Source of the DNA: an uncultured Gammaproteobacteria bacterium | GTDB lineage: Bacteria; Pseudomonadota; Gammaproteobacteria; DRLM01 | Reading direction: 5' to 3' | Length of the DNA: 64,000 nt | Assembly: GCA_963729605.1 (NCBI GenBank) | Contig: CAVSNY010000002.1 | Coordinates: 224,001 to 288,000 of the forward strand | Shown: one piece after another, positions 1 through 10,297 of the stretch | Numbering within the stretch: position 1 is the stretch's first letter | How the letters are laid out: every line of letters starts with the position of its first letter | Translations under genes and position numbers: made by a program | Notes under the pieces: generated by a model | What the model was told of the DNA's origin: nothing | The model's input: only the letters and a program-made list of their open reading frames with translations | The model's database searches: none

Positions 1-1041
1 CGGCGGCCGGAAACGGCCGGTGTCCAGCGGCGGCGGCGATTCGAAACCCAAACGTTGATGGGCCAGCCGGAACCGTTGCGCGATGAGGTCGGCGTAAATG
101 CCGGTGCCGCGCATGCGCTCGCCGAACTGCGCGGCGTAATCCTTGCCGCCGCGACTGTCGCGGATACGTTCCATCACATGCGCGGCCCGGGTCGGCGCGT
201 GCTCGGCCAGCCATTCGCGGAACAGGTCCTTCACCTCGTGGGGCAGGCGCAATAAAACATACCCGGCGCTGCGTGCCCCGGCGGATCGGGCGTCGGCGAG
301 TATGGTTTCCAGTTCGCCGTCGGTCAACACCGGGATCAGCGGCGCGACCATCACCCCGACCGGGATGCCGGCCTCGCTCAGATGACGGATGATCTCCACC
401 CGCCGCCGCGGCGCGCTGGCGCGCGGCTCGAGGGTACGCGCCAGCTGGTGGTCGAGGGTGGTGACCGAGACCATCACCTGCGCCAGGCCCTTGCCCGCCA
501 TCTCGGCGAGGATGTCGATGTCCCGCTCCACCAGCCAGGACTTGGTGACGATGGTGAGCGGATGCTCGCATTCCCGCAGCACGTCCAAAATCGCGCGGGT
601 GATATGCAGGCGCCGCTCCACCGGCTGATAGGCGTCGGTGTTGATGCCCACCGCGATCGGTGCGCAGCGGTAGCCGGGCGCCGCCAATTCCTTGCGCAGC
701 AGCGCGGCGGCGTCCGGTTTGTAGAACAGGCGGCTCTCGAAATCCAGGCCCGGCGACAGCCCCAGCCAGGCGTGGCTGGGGCGGGCGAAACAATAGACGC
801 AGCCGTGTTCGCAACCGCGATAGGGATTGATCGAGCGATCGAAGCCCACGTCCGGCGATTGATTGTAGGAAATCACGGTGCGGCTGGTGTCGACGCTGAG
901 GGTGGTGGCCAGCGGCGGCGGCTCGGCGTCGAGATTGCCCCAGCCGTCGTCCACCTCTTCGCGGCGGAGCGCCTCGTAGCGGTTGTCGGGATTGCTGCGC
1001 GCGCCACGGCCGCGTGGCGCCTGCGGTGGACGTTTGCTCAT
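1..1041 (-). CDS. PA0069/Rv2578c-family radical SAM protein (C-terminus runs off the window)
   Basis: Not in the ORF track. Manual translation from ATG 1041 gives MSKRPPQAPRGRGARSNPDNRYE...SPDVGFDRSINPYRGCEHGCVYCFARP, with a CxxxCxxC motif. Confidence 0.9.
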   Translation of the reverse strand, partial: MSKRPPQAPRGRGARSNPDNRYEALRREEVDDGWGNLDAEPPPLATTLSVDTSRTVISYNQSPDVGFDRSINPYRGCEHGCVYCFARPSHAWLGLSPGLDFESRLFYKPDAAALLRKELAAPGYRCAPIAVGINTDAYQPVERRLHITRAILDVLRECEHPLTIVTKSWLVERDIDILAEMAGKGLAQVMVSVTTLDHQLARTLEPRASAPRRRVEIIRHLSEAGIPVGVMVAPLIPVLTDGELETILADARSAGARSAGYVLLRLPHEVKDLFREWLAEHAPTRAAHVMERIRDSRGGKDYAAQFGERMRGTGIYADLIAQRFRLAHQRLGFESPPPLDTGRFRPP

Positions 1042-1184
1042 GATACGTTCCGAAGGCTGGGGTGAAAACGGCGGGCGCCGTTCCACCTTTAACGAAAACC
1101 GGCGGGCCGCCCTGTGACAAACCCGCCCGGACATTCTAAGCTTGAGGCCCAGTCCATCGCACTCTAAATAACAAGGTCAACGTC

Positions 1185-2663
1185 ATGTCCGTCACCGCAA
1201 CCCCATCTCCGCTGCCGATCGGCAAAGGCCAGTCCGAGGTGGTCTTGTATCCCAAACTCGCCAACCGCCACGGCTTGATCAGCGGCGCCACCGGCACCGG
1301 CAAAACCATTTCCTTGCAGGTGCTGGCCGAGGGTTTCAGCGCCCTGGGCGTGCCGGTCTTTCTCGCCGACGTGAAGGGCGACCTCGCCGGCATCAGCCAG
1401 CCGGGTGTACCCAATCCCAAGCTACAGCAGCGTATCGAACAGCTGGGCATCGGCGACCATCGTTACACCGGTTTCCCGGTGGCCTTTTGGGACGTGTTCG
1501 GCGAACAGGGCTTGCCGCTGCGCGCCACCGTCTCCGACATGGGGCCGCTGCTGCTGTCCCGGCTGCTGGATCTCAACGAGGTGCAGAGCGGCCTGCTCAG
1601 CCTGGTGTTCCGGGTCGCCGACGAGCAAGGCTTGCTGCTGCTGGATCTGAAAGACCTGCGCGCCATGTTGCGCCACGTGGCCGACAACGCCAAGACCGTC
1701 AGCGCCGACTACGGCCATGTCTCCACCACCAGCGTCGCCGCGATCCAGCGCCAACTGCTGACGCTGGAGGAACAGGGCGGCGAGCACTTTTTCGGCGAAC
1801 CGGCGCTGCGCATCGCCGATCTGCTGCGCCGGGACGAGTCGGGCCGCGGCATGATCAATCTGCTGGCGGCCGACAAGCTGATCGGTTCGCCGCTGGTGTA
1901 TTCGACCTTGCTGCTGTGGTTGTTGGCCGAGCTGTTCGAGCAACTGCCCGAGGTGGGCGACCCCGAGCGTCCCAAATTGGTGTTCTTTTTCGACGAGGCC
2001 CATCTGTTGTTCAAGGACACGCCCAAGGCGCTGCAAGACAAGATCGAGCAGGTGGTGCGGCTGATTCGGTCGAAGGGCGTGGGCGTGTATTTCGTCACCC
2101 AGACCCCCATGGACATCCCCGACAGTGTGTTGGGCCAATTGGGCAACCGCATTCAACACGCCCTGCGCGCCTTCACCCCGCGCGATCAAAAGGCCGTGCG
2201 CGCCGCCGCCGAGACCTTTCGCGGCGACGGCAAATTGGACGTGGCGGCGGTCATCACCGAGCTGGGGGTGGGCGAGGCGCTGGTATCGTGCCTCGATCCC
2301 CAGGGCAGCCCGCAGGTCGTGCAGCGCGCGCTGATCCGTCCGCCGCAAGGCCTGATCGGCCCGATTCCCATGATGACCCGCGACCGCCTGATCAGCGCCG
2401 ATCCGCTGTATGCCCACTATAAAACCGAAATCGACCGCGAGTCGGCCTATGAATTGTTGAAGGCCAAGGCGGCCGCCGTGATCGAGACGCCAGCGCCGGC
2501 ACCGGCGGCGTCGACGCCGCGTTCCGCCCCGCGAGCGGGCCGCGGCCGCGAGGGCGCGGTGGAGGCCATAACCAAAAGCGCGATGCGCGCCATCGGCTCG
2601 CAACTGGGCCGGCAAATCATGCGGGGAATACTGGGGGCCATCACCGGCGGCCGCGGCCGCTGA
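1185..2663 (+). CDS. HerA-like ATPase, YjgR/DUF853 family
   Basis: NRHGLISGATGTGKT Walker A; LVFFFDEAHLLF Walker B; RSKGVGVYFVTQ; family C-terminus GRQIMRGILG. Confidence 0.9.
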   Translation: MSVTATPSPLPIGKGQSEVVLYPKLANRHGLISGATGTGKTISLQVLAEGFSALGVPVFLADVKGDLAGISQPGVPNPKLQQRIEQLGIGDHRYTGFPVAFWDVFGEQGLPLRATVSDMGPLLLSRLLDLNEVQSGLLSLVFRVADEQGLLLLDLKDLRAMLRHVADNAKTVSADYGHVSTTSVAAIQRQLLTLEEQGGEHFFGEPALRIADLLRRDESGRGMINLLAADKLIGSPLVYSTLLLWLLAELFEQLPEVGDPERPKLVFFFDEAHLLFKDTPKALQDKIEQVVRLIRSKGVGVYFVTQTPMDIPDSVLGQLGNRIQHALRAFTPRDQKAVRAAAETFRGDGKLDVAAVITELGVGEALVSCLDPQGSPQVVQRALIRPPQGLIGPIPMMTRDRLISADPLYAHYKTEIDRESAYELLKAKAAAVIETPAPAPAASTPRSAPRAGRGREGAVEAITKSAMRAIGSQLGRQIMRGILGAITGGRGR

Positions 2664-2688
2664 GAACCTGTTCTGAACGGCGCGACGG

Positions 2689-3357
2689 CTAGACCAGCTT
2701 CAAATGGCTGGTGTCGGGCGGTGGTGGGGCCTCGCCCGGTTCTTGCTGGTCCACGTCGCTGCCGACGGGGGCGAGATCAAACGCGCTGGTGTCGATGGCG
2801 GGGGGCGTGATCGCCGGCGCCTCTCCCAGGCGCGCGCCGGGCGAGGCCATCGACAAGGCGCTGACGTCGATGGCCGGCACGGGCACCGGCGCGGCCTGGG
2901 CCAGGTTCACGCCCACGGGTGAAACCGATAGCGCGCTGACATCGATTTCGAGTGCGGGGATCGGTTCAGGTTTGATCAGCGTGGTGCCGGCGGGTGACAT
3001 GGAATAGGCGCTGATGTCGATGTCGGGCGCGGCGACCGGCACCGTCTCGACGAGCGTGACCCCGACCGGCGCCAGGCTGGGCGGTTGGTTTGCTTGAGGG
3101 CGGGTGACGGACGGACCGTCGTCGCTGAGGGTTTCCGCGACGCTGAGCAAGCCCGCCTCTTGCAGCGCGCCGACGTAACGTTGCGCGGCCGCCTGATCGA
3201 GGCCCTTCTTCACCACCACGCGCTGGCCGGAAAACAAGGGTTCCAGTTTGGCGGCCGGGACCTTGAACAAATTGGCGACTTTTTCCTTGACCTCCGCCAG
3301 CACCGCGCCGGCCGCCAATTGCCCGCTGACCACGATTTGATAGGTCTTGTCCGTCAT
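2689..3357 (-). CDS. Hypothetical protein: small N-terminal domain plus about five 25-aa tandem repeats
   Basis: Likely start MTDKTYQIVVSG at 3357; repeated IDxSA(L/Y/F)SxxPxG units. Confidence 0.75.
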   Translation of the reverse strand: MTDKTYQIVVSGQLAAGAVLAEVKEKVANLFKVPAAKLEPLFSGQRVVVKKGLDQAAAQRYVGALQEAGLLSVAETLSDDGPSVTRPQANQPPSLAPVGVTLVETVPVAAPDIDISAYSMSPAGTTLIKPEPIPALEIDVSALSVSPVGVNLAQAAPVPVPAIDVSALSMASPGARLGEAPAITPPAIDTSAFDLAPVGSDVDQQEPGEAPPPPDTSHLKLV

Positions 3358-3593
3358 TGCAGAGTTTCCCCATGACCGCCCGCTGAGCGCAGGGCTTGGT
3401 TTGCCTACTATAACGGCAGGTCCGGACGATCTCAAAACGGCGGGCCGGCATGACGACGAGGGGGCGCCGGGAGGCCGCGGCGCGGGTGACAATGGCCGCG
3501 GTTTACAGTACTGTGGCCGCGGAAAATACCGGGCACGCCTCTCACCAGGGTGTCATTCTTAATCCATGCCATCGCCCCGTCAGCCAGCCGACC

Positions 3594-4457
3594 ATGTTGA
3601 GTTACCGCCACGCCTTTCACGCCGGCAATTTCGCCGATGTCCACAAACACGCCGTGCTCTCGCTGCTGCTGGCGGCCTTGCGTAAAAAAGACTCGCCGTT
3701 TTGTTGCATCGACACCCATGCCGGCGCCGGCCGTTACGATTTGCAGAGCGCGGAGGCGCAAAAGAACCGGGAATACCTCAACGGCATCGGCCGGCTGTGG
3801 GGGCGTGGCGATGTGCCGCCCGCCCTCGATGGCTATTTGGCGGCGGTGCGCGCGCTCGATCCGGATGCCGCGCCCGAGGCCGGCGGCCCGGCCGCGCCGC
3901 GTTATTATCCTGGTTCGCCGCGGATCGCCCGCCATCATCTGCGCCCCCAGGACCGCTTGATCCTGACCGAGCTGCACAGCACCGACGTCGTGAATTTGCG
4001 CAACGAGTTCAAAGGCGATCCGCAGGTGGCGGTGCACCATCTCGATGGTTATCAAGGACTGAAGGCCTTTTTGCCGCCCAAGGAAAGGCGCGGCCTGGTG
4101 CTCATCGATCCGGCGTTCGAGTTGCACGACGAAGTGGAGCGTGCGGTCGAAGGGTTACACGCCGCCTGGCGGCGTTGGCCCCAAGGTATTTACGCCTTGT
4201 GGTATCCCATCACCCATCGCGCTTTTGCGCAGGGCATTCATCGGTCGGCGATCAAGCTGGGGATCGGCAAGACGCTGGTCGCGGAGATCGAGATCCGCCC
4301 GCCGCACAGCGCGCGGCAGTTGAACGGTTCGGGGATGTTGATCGTGAATCCGCCGTGGCGGATCGAGATGGATTTGAACGCGATCTGCAACTGGCTGGCG
4401 CCGGTCCTCGCCGACGACGGCGGGCAGGCGCGGGTCGAATGGCTGATACCGGAATGA
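3594..4457 (+). CDS. rlmJ: 23S rRNA (adenine2030-N6)-methyltransferase
   Basis: MLSYRHAFHAGNFADVHKH; DTHAGAGRY; YPGSP; LIDPAFE; IYALWYP; GSGMLIVNPPW. Confidence 0.95.
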   Translation: MLSYRHAFHAGNFADVHKHAVLSLLLAALRKKDSPFCCIDTHAGAGRYDLQSAEAQKNREYLNGIGRLWGRGDVPPALDGYLAAVRALDPDAAPEAGGPAAPRYYPGSPRIARHHLRPQDRLILTELHSTDVVNLRNEFKGDPQVAVHHLDGYQGLKAFLPPKERRGLVLIDPAFELHDEVERAVEGLHAAWRRWPQGIYALWYPITHRAFAQGIHRSAIKLGIGKTLVAEIEIRPPHSARQLNGSGMLIVNPPWRIEMDLNAICNWLAPVLADDGGQARVEWLIPE

Positions 4458-4576
4458 GCGCGCGCTGGCGGGACCACGCGACCAGACGCGGAATAACGCG
4501 CCTTACGCTGAAAACGCGCGGCGGCAACGATCCTTAACCGGCGCCTGTTCGCAACGGACGGGCGTTTTCTTCGCGC

Positions 4577-4963
4577 TTATTCCGGTTCGGCCGGCATGGT
4601 ATGGCGGCTCAGCGCCAACATCCCGCGCACGACGCGGTATATCCACCACACGACCGCGGCGATGGCGACGACCGCGCCCACTCCGTAATAAAACGTGCCC
4701 ATGGAGATCGGCGCGGCGATAAAGATAGTCAAGGCGGTGGTCAGCATCCAGCGATGATGGCTTTCCGCAATCAGCACGCCTTCCCGTTTTATGCCGGTCG
4801 CACGGCGATAACGCCAGAGTTCGATCAGATTGACGACGACGCCCAGCGGTATGAGCACACCGATCGCGTAAAGGCCGTAGGCCAGCCATAACAGCCGCTC
4901 TTCCTTGCGCTCGATACGCCGGATCTTCGCCAGTTTTCTTTGTGACATCACGGTGGTGTTCAT
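4577..4963 (-). CDS. Small membrane protein, DUF4870-like
   Basis: Two to three hydrophobic helices; ESHHRW and WWIYRVVRG motifs; AGGA RBS upstream. Confidence 0.65.
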   Translation of the reverse strand: MNTTVMSQRKLAKIRRIERKEERLLWLAYGLYAIGVLIPLGVVVNLIELWRYRRATGIKREGVLIAESHHRWMLTTALTIFIAAPISMGTFYYGVGAVVAIAAVVWWIYRVVRGMLALSRHTMPAEPE

Positions 4964-5201
4964 GGACTTTCCTTAGGTTATCTCTATTGAATTTCATTAA
5001 ACCGCCGCCGCGGCGCCCGCTCAGTGACAAGATCACAGTCCGCCGCCGTGGCCAATATCCTAATAACTAGGATTATATTGGTTCGGTTGAATTGGCCGAG
5101 TAGCGCTTCCTCTCATTCCAGTCGGGCGGGAGACCACTTTCCTCGTTTCGATAATCTATGCTGTAGATATATAGATGGTTCGCGCTGTGCGTGGAGGTGG
5201 C

Positions 5202-7250
5202 ATGTTAGAGGGAAGCACCGCGGTGAGTAAGGTTTCGGAGGAGCCGGATGTGCCGCGCGCCTTCTGGTTCGAATGTCTGCTCGATACCTTGTCGCATGAA
5301 ATCTATGTGTTCCGCGCGGATAATCTGCATTTCATCGAGATCAACCAAGGGGCGCGCCGGGCCTTGGGATACGGCCGCGAAGAGCTGTTGCAGCGTTCGC
5401 TGCTGGATATCGAATCCGTCGTCTCTTCCAGCCAATTTCACGAGTTGTCCGGGCCGCTGCGCCGCGCCGAAAAAGAGAAAGTGATTTTTGAAACGACACA
5501 TCGGCGCAAGGACGGCAGCATTTATCCGGTGGAAGTGCGCTTGCAGCTTTGCCAGTCGCGGCAAGCCAATGCCTTCATCGCCATCGCGACGGATGTCACC
5601 GAGCGCAAATCCGCCGAAAACAAATTCCGGCATTTATCCGACTCTTTTCCAGACGCCGTTTTAATCCTCGAAGAACAACTCTGCATTGAATGCAACAAGG
5701 CGGGTTTGCAAATGTTCCAAGTCGCTTCGCTCGAGGAATTGGCGCGGCACTGGCCGAGGGTATTCGCCGACGATACCGGCCCATCCGCCGGGACGGGTCG
5801 GCGTACCGTATCCCCACTCCGGCAGGTCCTCGCCGCGCCCGAGTTTCGCGGCGAGGTCGCGTTGCGGCGCGCCAACGGTGAGATATTCCCGGCCTGGGCC
5901 TTCCTGAGCCCGATCATGGAAGGCGGGCGGCACTTGCATCAACTTATTCTGCGCGATCTCACCGAGCAAAGACGCACCGAACATGCCTTGCGGGAAAGCG
6001 AGGAGCGTTTTTCCCTGGCCATGGCGGGCGCCAATGACGGTTTGTGGGATTGGGATCTGAAAACCGATGCCGTGTATTTCTCGCCGCGTTGGAAAAATAT
6101 GCTGGGTTATGAGGAGCACGAACTCGCCAACCACCTGACCACCTGGAGCAGCAGCCTGCATCCGGACGATCTGGACCGCGCCTTGCGCGAAGTCGATGCG
6201 TACATGAGGGGCGTCATCGATGAATATATGATCGAGTTTCGCATGAAGCATAAGGCGGGACATTACGTGGACATCCTGGCGCGCGGCATCATCGTGCGCG
6301 ATGAAAACGCCGTTCCCCATCGGTTCGTCGGCACCCACGTCGATATCAGCGAGCGCAAGAAGGCGGAGCAACTGCTCCAGCAGCGCTTAAGCGAATTGGC
6401 CAAGGCCAATATGACGATCAAGGATACCCAGGCCCAGCTGTTTCAGGCGGAGAAGATGGCCTCCATCGGCGAATTGGCGGCGGGGATCGCCCATGAGATC
6501 AATAACCCGGTCGGTTTCGTCAGTTCCAATATCAGAACGCTCAAGGAAAATGCCGAGTATCTGCTGGGCCTGATCGAGCTGTATACGCAATTGGAGGCGC
6601 GGCCCGCCGATCAAGCCTTGTTGAAGGATATCCGGGCCTTTAAAAAACAAATCGATCTCGATTTCATCACGCGCGATATCCACGTGCTCGGCGCCGAGAG
6701 CGAGGAGGGCATCGCGCGGGTGATCCGCATCATCAAGGATTTGAAATCGTTCTCGCATATGGATCAAGGCGAGGCGCAGTTGAGCGATCTCCACGCCGGT
6801 CTGGATTCCACCCTCAATATCGCGCACAACGAAATAAAATATAAAGCGGATGTCGTCAAGGAATACGGCGATATTCCGCTGGTGCTGTGCAATCCGTCTC
6901 AGATCAATCAGGTGTTCATGAATCTACTGGTCAACGCGGCGCACGCCATCGAAAAATACGGCCGCATCACCGTTCGCAGCGGCCGGCGCGGCCATGAGTG
7001 GGTGTGGGTGGAGATCAGCGACACCGGCGGCGGTATTCCCGATGCGATAAAAACTCGGATTTTCGAGCCGTTTTTCACCACCAAAGCGGTCGGCAAAGGG
7101 ACGGGGCTGGGACTCGCGATCAGTTATCGCATCGTTGAAAGCCATGGCGGTCGTATTGAACTGGACAGCGTGCTGGGGCGGGGTTCGACCTTCCGGGTAG
7201 TGCTGCCTATCGAGGGCGTCGGTCCAGGCGCCGCTTTAAAGTCGCTGTAA
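5202..7250 (+). CDS. Multi-PAS sensor histidine kinase (HisKA + HATPase)
   Basis: Three PAS/PAC segments (DVTERK, DLTEQR, DISERK); H-box [10 protein letters not shown]; N-box NLLVNAAHA; G boxes DTGGG, FFTTK, GTGLGL; GGAGG RBS before ATG 5202. Confidence 0.92.
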   Translation: MLEGSTAVSKVSEEPDVPRAFWFECLLDTLSHEIYVFRADNLHFIEINQGARRALGYGREELLQRSLLDIESVVSSSQFHELSGPLRRAEKEKVIFETTHRRKDGSIYPVEVRLQLCQSRQANAFIAIATDVTERKSAENKFRHLSDSFPDAVLILEEQLCIECNKAGLQMFQVASLEELARHWPRVFADDTGPSAGTGRRTVSPLRQVLAAPEFRGEVALRRANGEIFPAWAFLSPIMEGGRHLHQLILRDLTEQRRTEHALRESEERFSLAMAGANDGLWDWDLKTDAVYFSPRWKNMLGYEEHELANHLTTWSSSLHPDDLDRALREVDAYMRGVIDEYMIEFRMKHKAGHYVDILARGIIVRDENAVPHRFVGTHVDISERKKAEQLLQQRLSELAKANMTIKDTQAQLFQAEKMASIGELAAGIAHEINNPVGFVSSNIRTLKENAEYLLGLIELYTQLEARPADQALLKDIRAFKKQIDLDFITRDIHVLGAESEEGIARVIRIIKDLKSFSHMDQGEAQLSDLHAGLDSTLNIAHNEIKYKADVVKEYGDIPLVLCNPSQINQVFMNLLVNAAHAIEKYGRITVRSGRRGHEWVWVEISDTGGGIPDAIKTRIFEPFFTTKAVGKGTGLGLAISYRIVESHGGRIELDSVLGRGSTFRVVLPIEGVGPGAALKSL

Positions 7251-7357
7251 AGACGATGCTGGTTTTGCGTCGCTCGGCCGCTTCTTCGATCTGGGCGATC
7301 CAGGGAATTTCCAGGACTTGCTTTGGCACGGGCGGCCGCGTATTCCCGGCCATGGTT

Positions 7358-7386
7358 TTGACATTGACGGATTGAGCACTTATCAT
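7358..7386 (+). promoter_or_regulatory. sigma70 promoter of the alpha/beta hydrolase gene
   Basis: TTGACA-17 nt-TATCAT, 45 nt upstream of ATG 7431. Confidence 0.7.
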
Positions 7387-7430
7387 CGCCGCTCCCGCGA
7401 GTTCGCCGTTTTTATTCGTGAGCATTTGCG

Positions 7431-8129
7431 ATGAGTTTATCTACCCGCGCACTCCCAACCCAGCGGCCGCAGGCCCGGGAGCAGGACATTCAGTTCAAGG
7501 GCCCGGCCGGCCGCATCGAAGGCATCGTCAGCGTTCCCCCCGCGGAAAAACCGGCCGGCGCGGTGGCGATCATTTGTCATCCCCATCCCTTGCATGGCGG
7601 CAGCTTCAACAACAAAGTGACGCATACCCTCGCGCGCACCCTGTGCAATCTGGGCGCGGTGGCGATCCGCTTCAATTTCCGGGGCGTGGGCCACAGCGCG
7701 GGCCGCTACGACCACGGCATAGGCGAGACGCAGGATCTGCTCGCGGTGATCCGCGCCGTGCGTGCCGAGTATCCCGGCCGGGAAATCTGGCTGGCGGGTT
7801 TTTCCTTCGGCGCCTACATCGCCCTGCACGCCGCGCAATACACCCAGGTGGACCGCCTGATCACCATCGCGCCGCCGGTCAATCTTTTTCGTCTTGGCGA
7901 CATGGCGGCGCCCGCCTGTCCGTGGTTGCTGGTGCAAGGCAAGCAGGACCAACTGGTGCCTTATCAGGATGTGTTGCGGTGGGCGACGCGGATCTACCCC
8001 GCGCCGGAGACGGTGTATCTCGACGATGCCTGCCATTATTTCCACGGCAAACTGGCCGCGCTGCAAACCATCATCGCAGGCGCCGTCGCGGAGGGCTGCG
8101 GCCGGTATTCGTTCGCGGGCCACGCTTAA
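7431..8129 (+). CDS. Alpha/beta-fold hydrolase (COG2945-type)
   Basis: CHPHPLHGGSFNNKV; RFNFRGVG; GFSFG nucleophile elbow; C-terminal HYFHG. Confidence 0.9.
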   Translation: MSLSTRALPTQRPQAREQDIQFKGPAGRIEGIVSVPPAEKPAGAVAIICHPHPLHGGSFNNKVTHTLARTLCNLGAVAIRFNFRGVGHSAGRYDHGIGETQDLLAVIRAVRAEYPGREIWLAGFSFGAYIALHAAQYTQVDRLITIAPPVNLFRLGDMAAPACPWLLVQGKQDQLVPYQDVLRWATRIYPAPETVYLDDACHYFHGKLAALQTIIAGAVAEGCGRYSFAGHA

Positions 8130-8254
8130 AATCAGAAAAATCTCAAAACGTGTTTTCTTGTGTTGCCGGCGGGAGCGGTCTAGATGACGTTGGACGACGT
8201 GCACGCCTTGGCGTGAGGAAGGCATCCTTTCGGCGTCTCACCCTACGGCGGCGC

Positions 8255-8283
8255 GCCCCTCTCCCCGCTTGCGGGAGAGGGGC
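8255..8283. repeat. REP-like palindrome (CCCCTCTCCC-GCTTGC-GGGAGAGGGG family)
   Basis: Hairpin between convergent genes; near-identical copy at 21673-21698. Confidence 0.75.
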
Positions 8284-8402
8284 GTGAATACTCTCGATAC
8301 GTGATGGCGCACAACCGATAGACGGGTGGCGACGTTTGGTCATCGCGCACGAATTGGGCGTGGCCATCCACGCCGCGAGATCCCGCGCTGCCGGCGCTTG
8401 GT

Positions 8403-9620
8403 TCAGCGCGCCGAATGGCCGCTGAGTTTCACTTCCACTTTTTCATGCTCGGCCAGATTGGCGTAGTAATCGCGCAGAATGGCCAGCACCTCGGGGCGCG
8501 AGAATTCGGCCGGCACCTCGCCGTTCTCCGAGAGCGCCTTGCGCAGCTTGGTGCCCGACAGCAGCAAACGATCCGCGCCCTCGTGCGGGCAGGTGCGCAT
8601 CGAGGCCATGCCGCCGCACTTGTAGCAGTAAAAGGTCCAGTCGATCTTGAGCGGCTGGGTCTCGAGCGAGCCCTTGGGGATTTGATCGAAGATGTGGTGG
8701 GCGTCGAAGGGGCCGTAGTAATCGCCGACGCCGGCGTGGTCGCGGCCGACGATGAGGTGCGAGCAGCCGTAGTTCTGGCGGAACAGTGCGTGCAGCAGCG
8801 CCTCGCGCGGTCCGGCGTAACGCATGTCGAGCGGGTAACCCGATTGCACCACCGTGTCTTTGACGAAATAATTTTCGACGAGCGCGTTGATCGCTTTGAC
8901 GCGCACGTCGGAAGGAATGTCGCCGGCCTTCAATTTGCCGAGCAGCGAATGGATCATCACGCCGTCGCAGATCTCGATGGCGATCTTCACCAGATATTCG
9001 TGCGAGCGGTGCAGGGGATTGCGGGTCTGGAAGGCGACCACCGTGTTCCAGCCTTTTTCCTCGAATAATTTGCGGGTCTCGGCCGGGGTCATGTAGACGT
9101 CGGCGAAGTCAGTGGGGAAGCGGCCCTGCGACAAGACCTTCACCGGCCCGGCCAGATTCACCTCGCCCTGTTCCATCACCATCTGCACGCCGGGGTGTTC
9201 GGCGTCGGTGGTCTTGAACACCATGGCGCATTCATGGGCCTTGTCGATGGTGTATTTCTCGGTGACTTGCATGGTGGCCATGATCTCGCCGGATTCGCGG
9301 TCCACCAGCGCGACCTCGGAACCGGTCTTGATGCCGTCGGCGGTGTGCTGGTCGGTGGAGAGGGTGATGGGGATGGGCCAGAACAGGCCGTTGGCCATCT
9401 TCATTCCGTCGCATACGCCCTGCCAGTCGGCGCGGGTCATGAAACCGTCGAGCGGGGTGAAACCGCCGATGCCCAGCATGATCAGGTCGCCGACTTCGCG
9501 GGAGCTGATCCGCACCTGGCTGAGGGTCTCGGCCCGCTGGCGTTCGGCGGCCAACGCGGCGCCTTCCAGCAGCAGGGGTTTCAGCGTCTCGGCGCCGTGG
9601 GGTTTGACGAGTTTGGACAT
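8403..9620 (-). CDS. sat: Sulfate adenylyltransferase (ATP sulfurylase, Sat type)
   Basis: Start MSKLVKPHG; [13 protein letters not shown]; [34 protein letters not shown]; Zn motif CYKC...TCPH. Confidence 0.95.
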   Translation of the reverse strand: MSKLVKPHGAETLKPLLLEGAALAAERQRAETLSQVRISSREVGDLIMLGIGGFTPLDGFMTRADWQGVCDGMKMANGLFWPIPITLSTDQHTADGIKTGSEVALVDRESGEIMATMQVTEKYTIDKAHECAMVFKTTDAEHPGVQMVMEQGEVNLAGPVKVLSQGRFPTDFADVYMTPAETRKLFEEKGWNTVVAFQTRNPLHRSHEYLVKIAIEICDGVMIHSLLGKLKAGDIPSDVRVKAINALVENYFVKDTVVQSGYPLDMRYAGPREALLHALFRQNYGCSHLIVGRDHAGVGDYYGPFDAHHIFDQIPKGSLETQPLKIDWTFYCYKCGGMASMRTCPHEGADRLLLSGTKLRKALSENGEVPAEFSRPEVLAILRDYYANLAEHEKVEVKLSGHSAR

Positions 9621-10297
9621 GGTGTGGACTCCTGAAAGTAAAAGACCCGGCCTGGGTGCGGCGCCGCGTTGCCGGCGAAAGAGCGCCATTTTAGCAATGA
9701 AACGGCCGCGCGGGTATGCGGCGCGCGGATTTACTGGTCGTGGCCGGTGCGCGCGCCCAAGATTGTTCGATGAGCTGGGCGCGATTGCGGACCCCCGGCC
9801 TGTCGAGGCGGCGGCTCATGGGCTTTTTGACGGTGATTCACCGAGGTTGAGCCGGCCGGTGATGATGCTGTTCGCGCGGAGTGAGCTTGCGCAGCCATTC
9901 CGCCACCGCCCGGGCCGTAGGGGTTGAGGATTTCCCATTCGCTGTCGCCCGCCAAGGCCGGGGCGAATAAATCACACTCGCGGGCGTGACCTACAAAAAA
10001 CCTTCCTGTTACACCATCGCCATTTTTGGAGGCCCGCCTCCGCCACGCCGCCTACTACAAAAAGCAGGGCCTCGCGCCACTCATCGGAGTAAAGCGGAAA
10101 CCGGGCGGGTATAGGCCTGCGGCAAAGACGTCCTGAACGAGAGCGAGTCCGGCATTTTCGCAGGGTGCCGAGAACGGTTGGGTTACAAATCGGTGACTTA
10201 GGAAAAATCGCGCAAGGCCGATGAGCTTGAGAGTTGTCTGTATCGATGCGTGAGCCACCAGGGCCGGCATAGCTGGAGATGTCAGGAGTGGAGCAGT

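Noticed and set aside
382-1065. 227-aa plus-strand ORF and the many other long antisense ORFs (e.g. 1422-2615, 16047-17570, 60269-61702)
   Set aside because: High-GC shadow frames opposite recognisable genes.
1139-1170. sigma32-like promoter before the DUF853 gene
   Set aside because: CTTGA is present but the -10 match is too weak.
10110-10200. GGCAAA..GAC segment upstream of the diguanylate cyclase as a c-di-GMP-I riboswitch
   Set aside because: Lacks the GAAA tetraloop stem and the GACGCAAAG junction.
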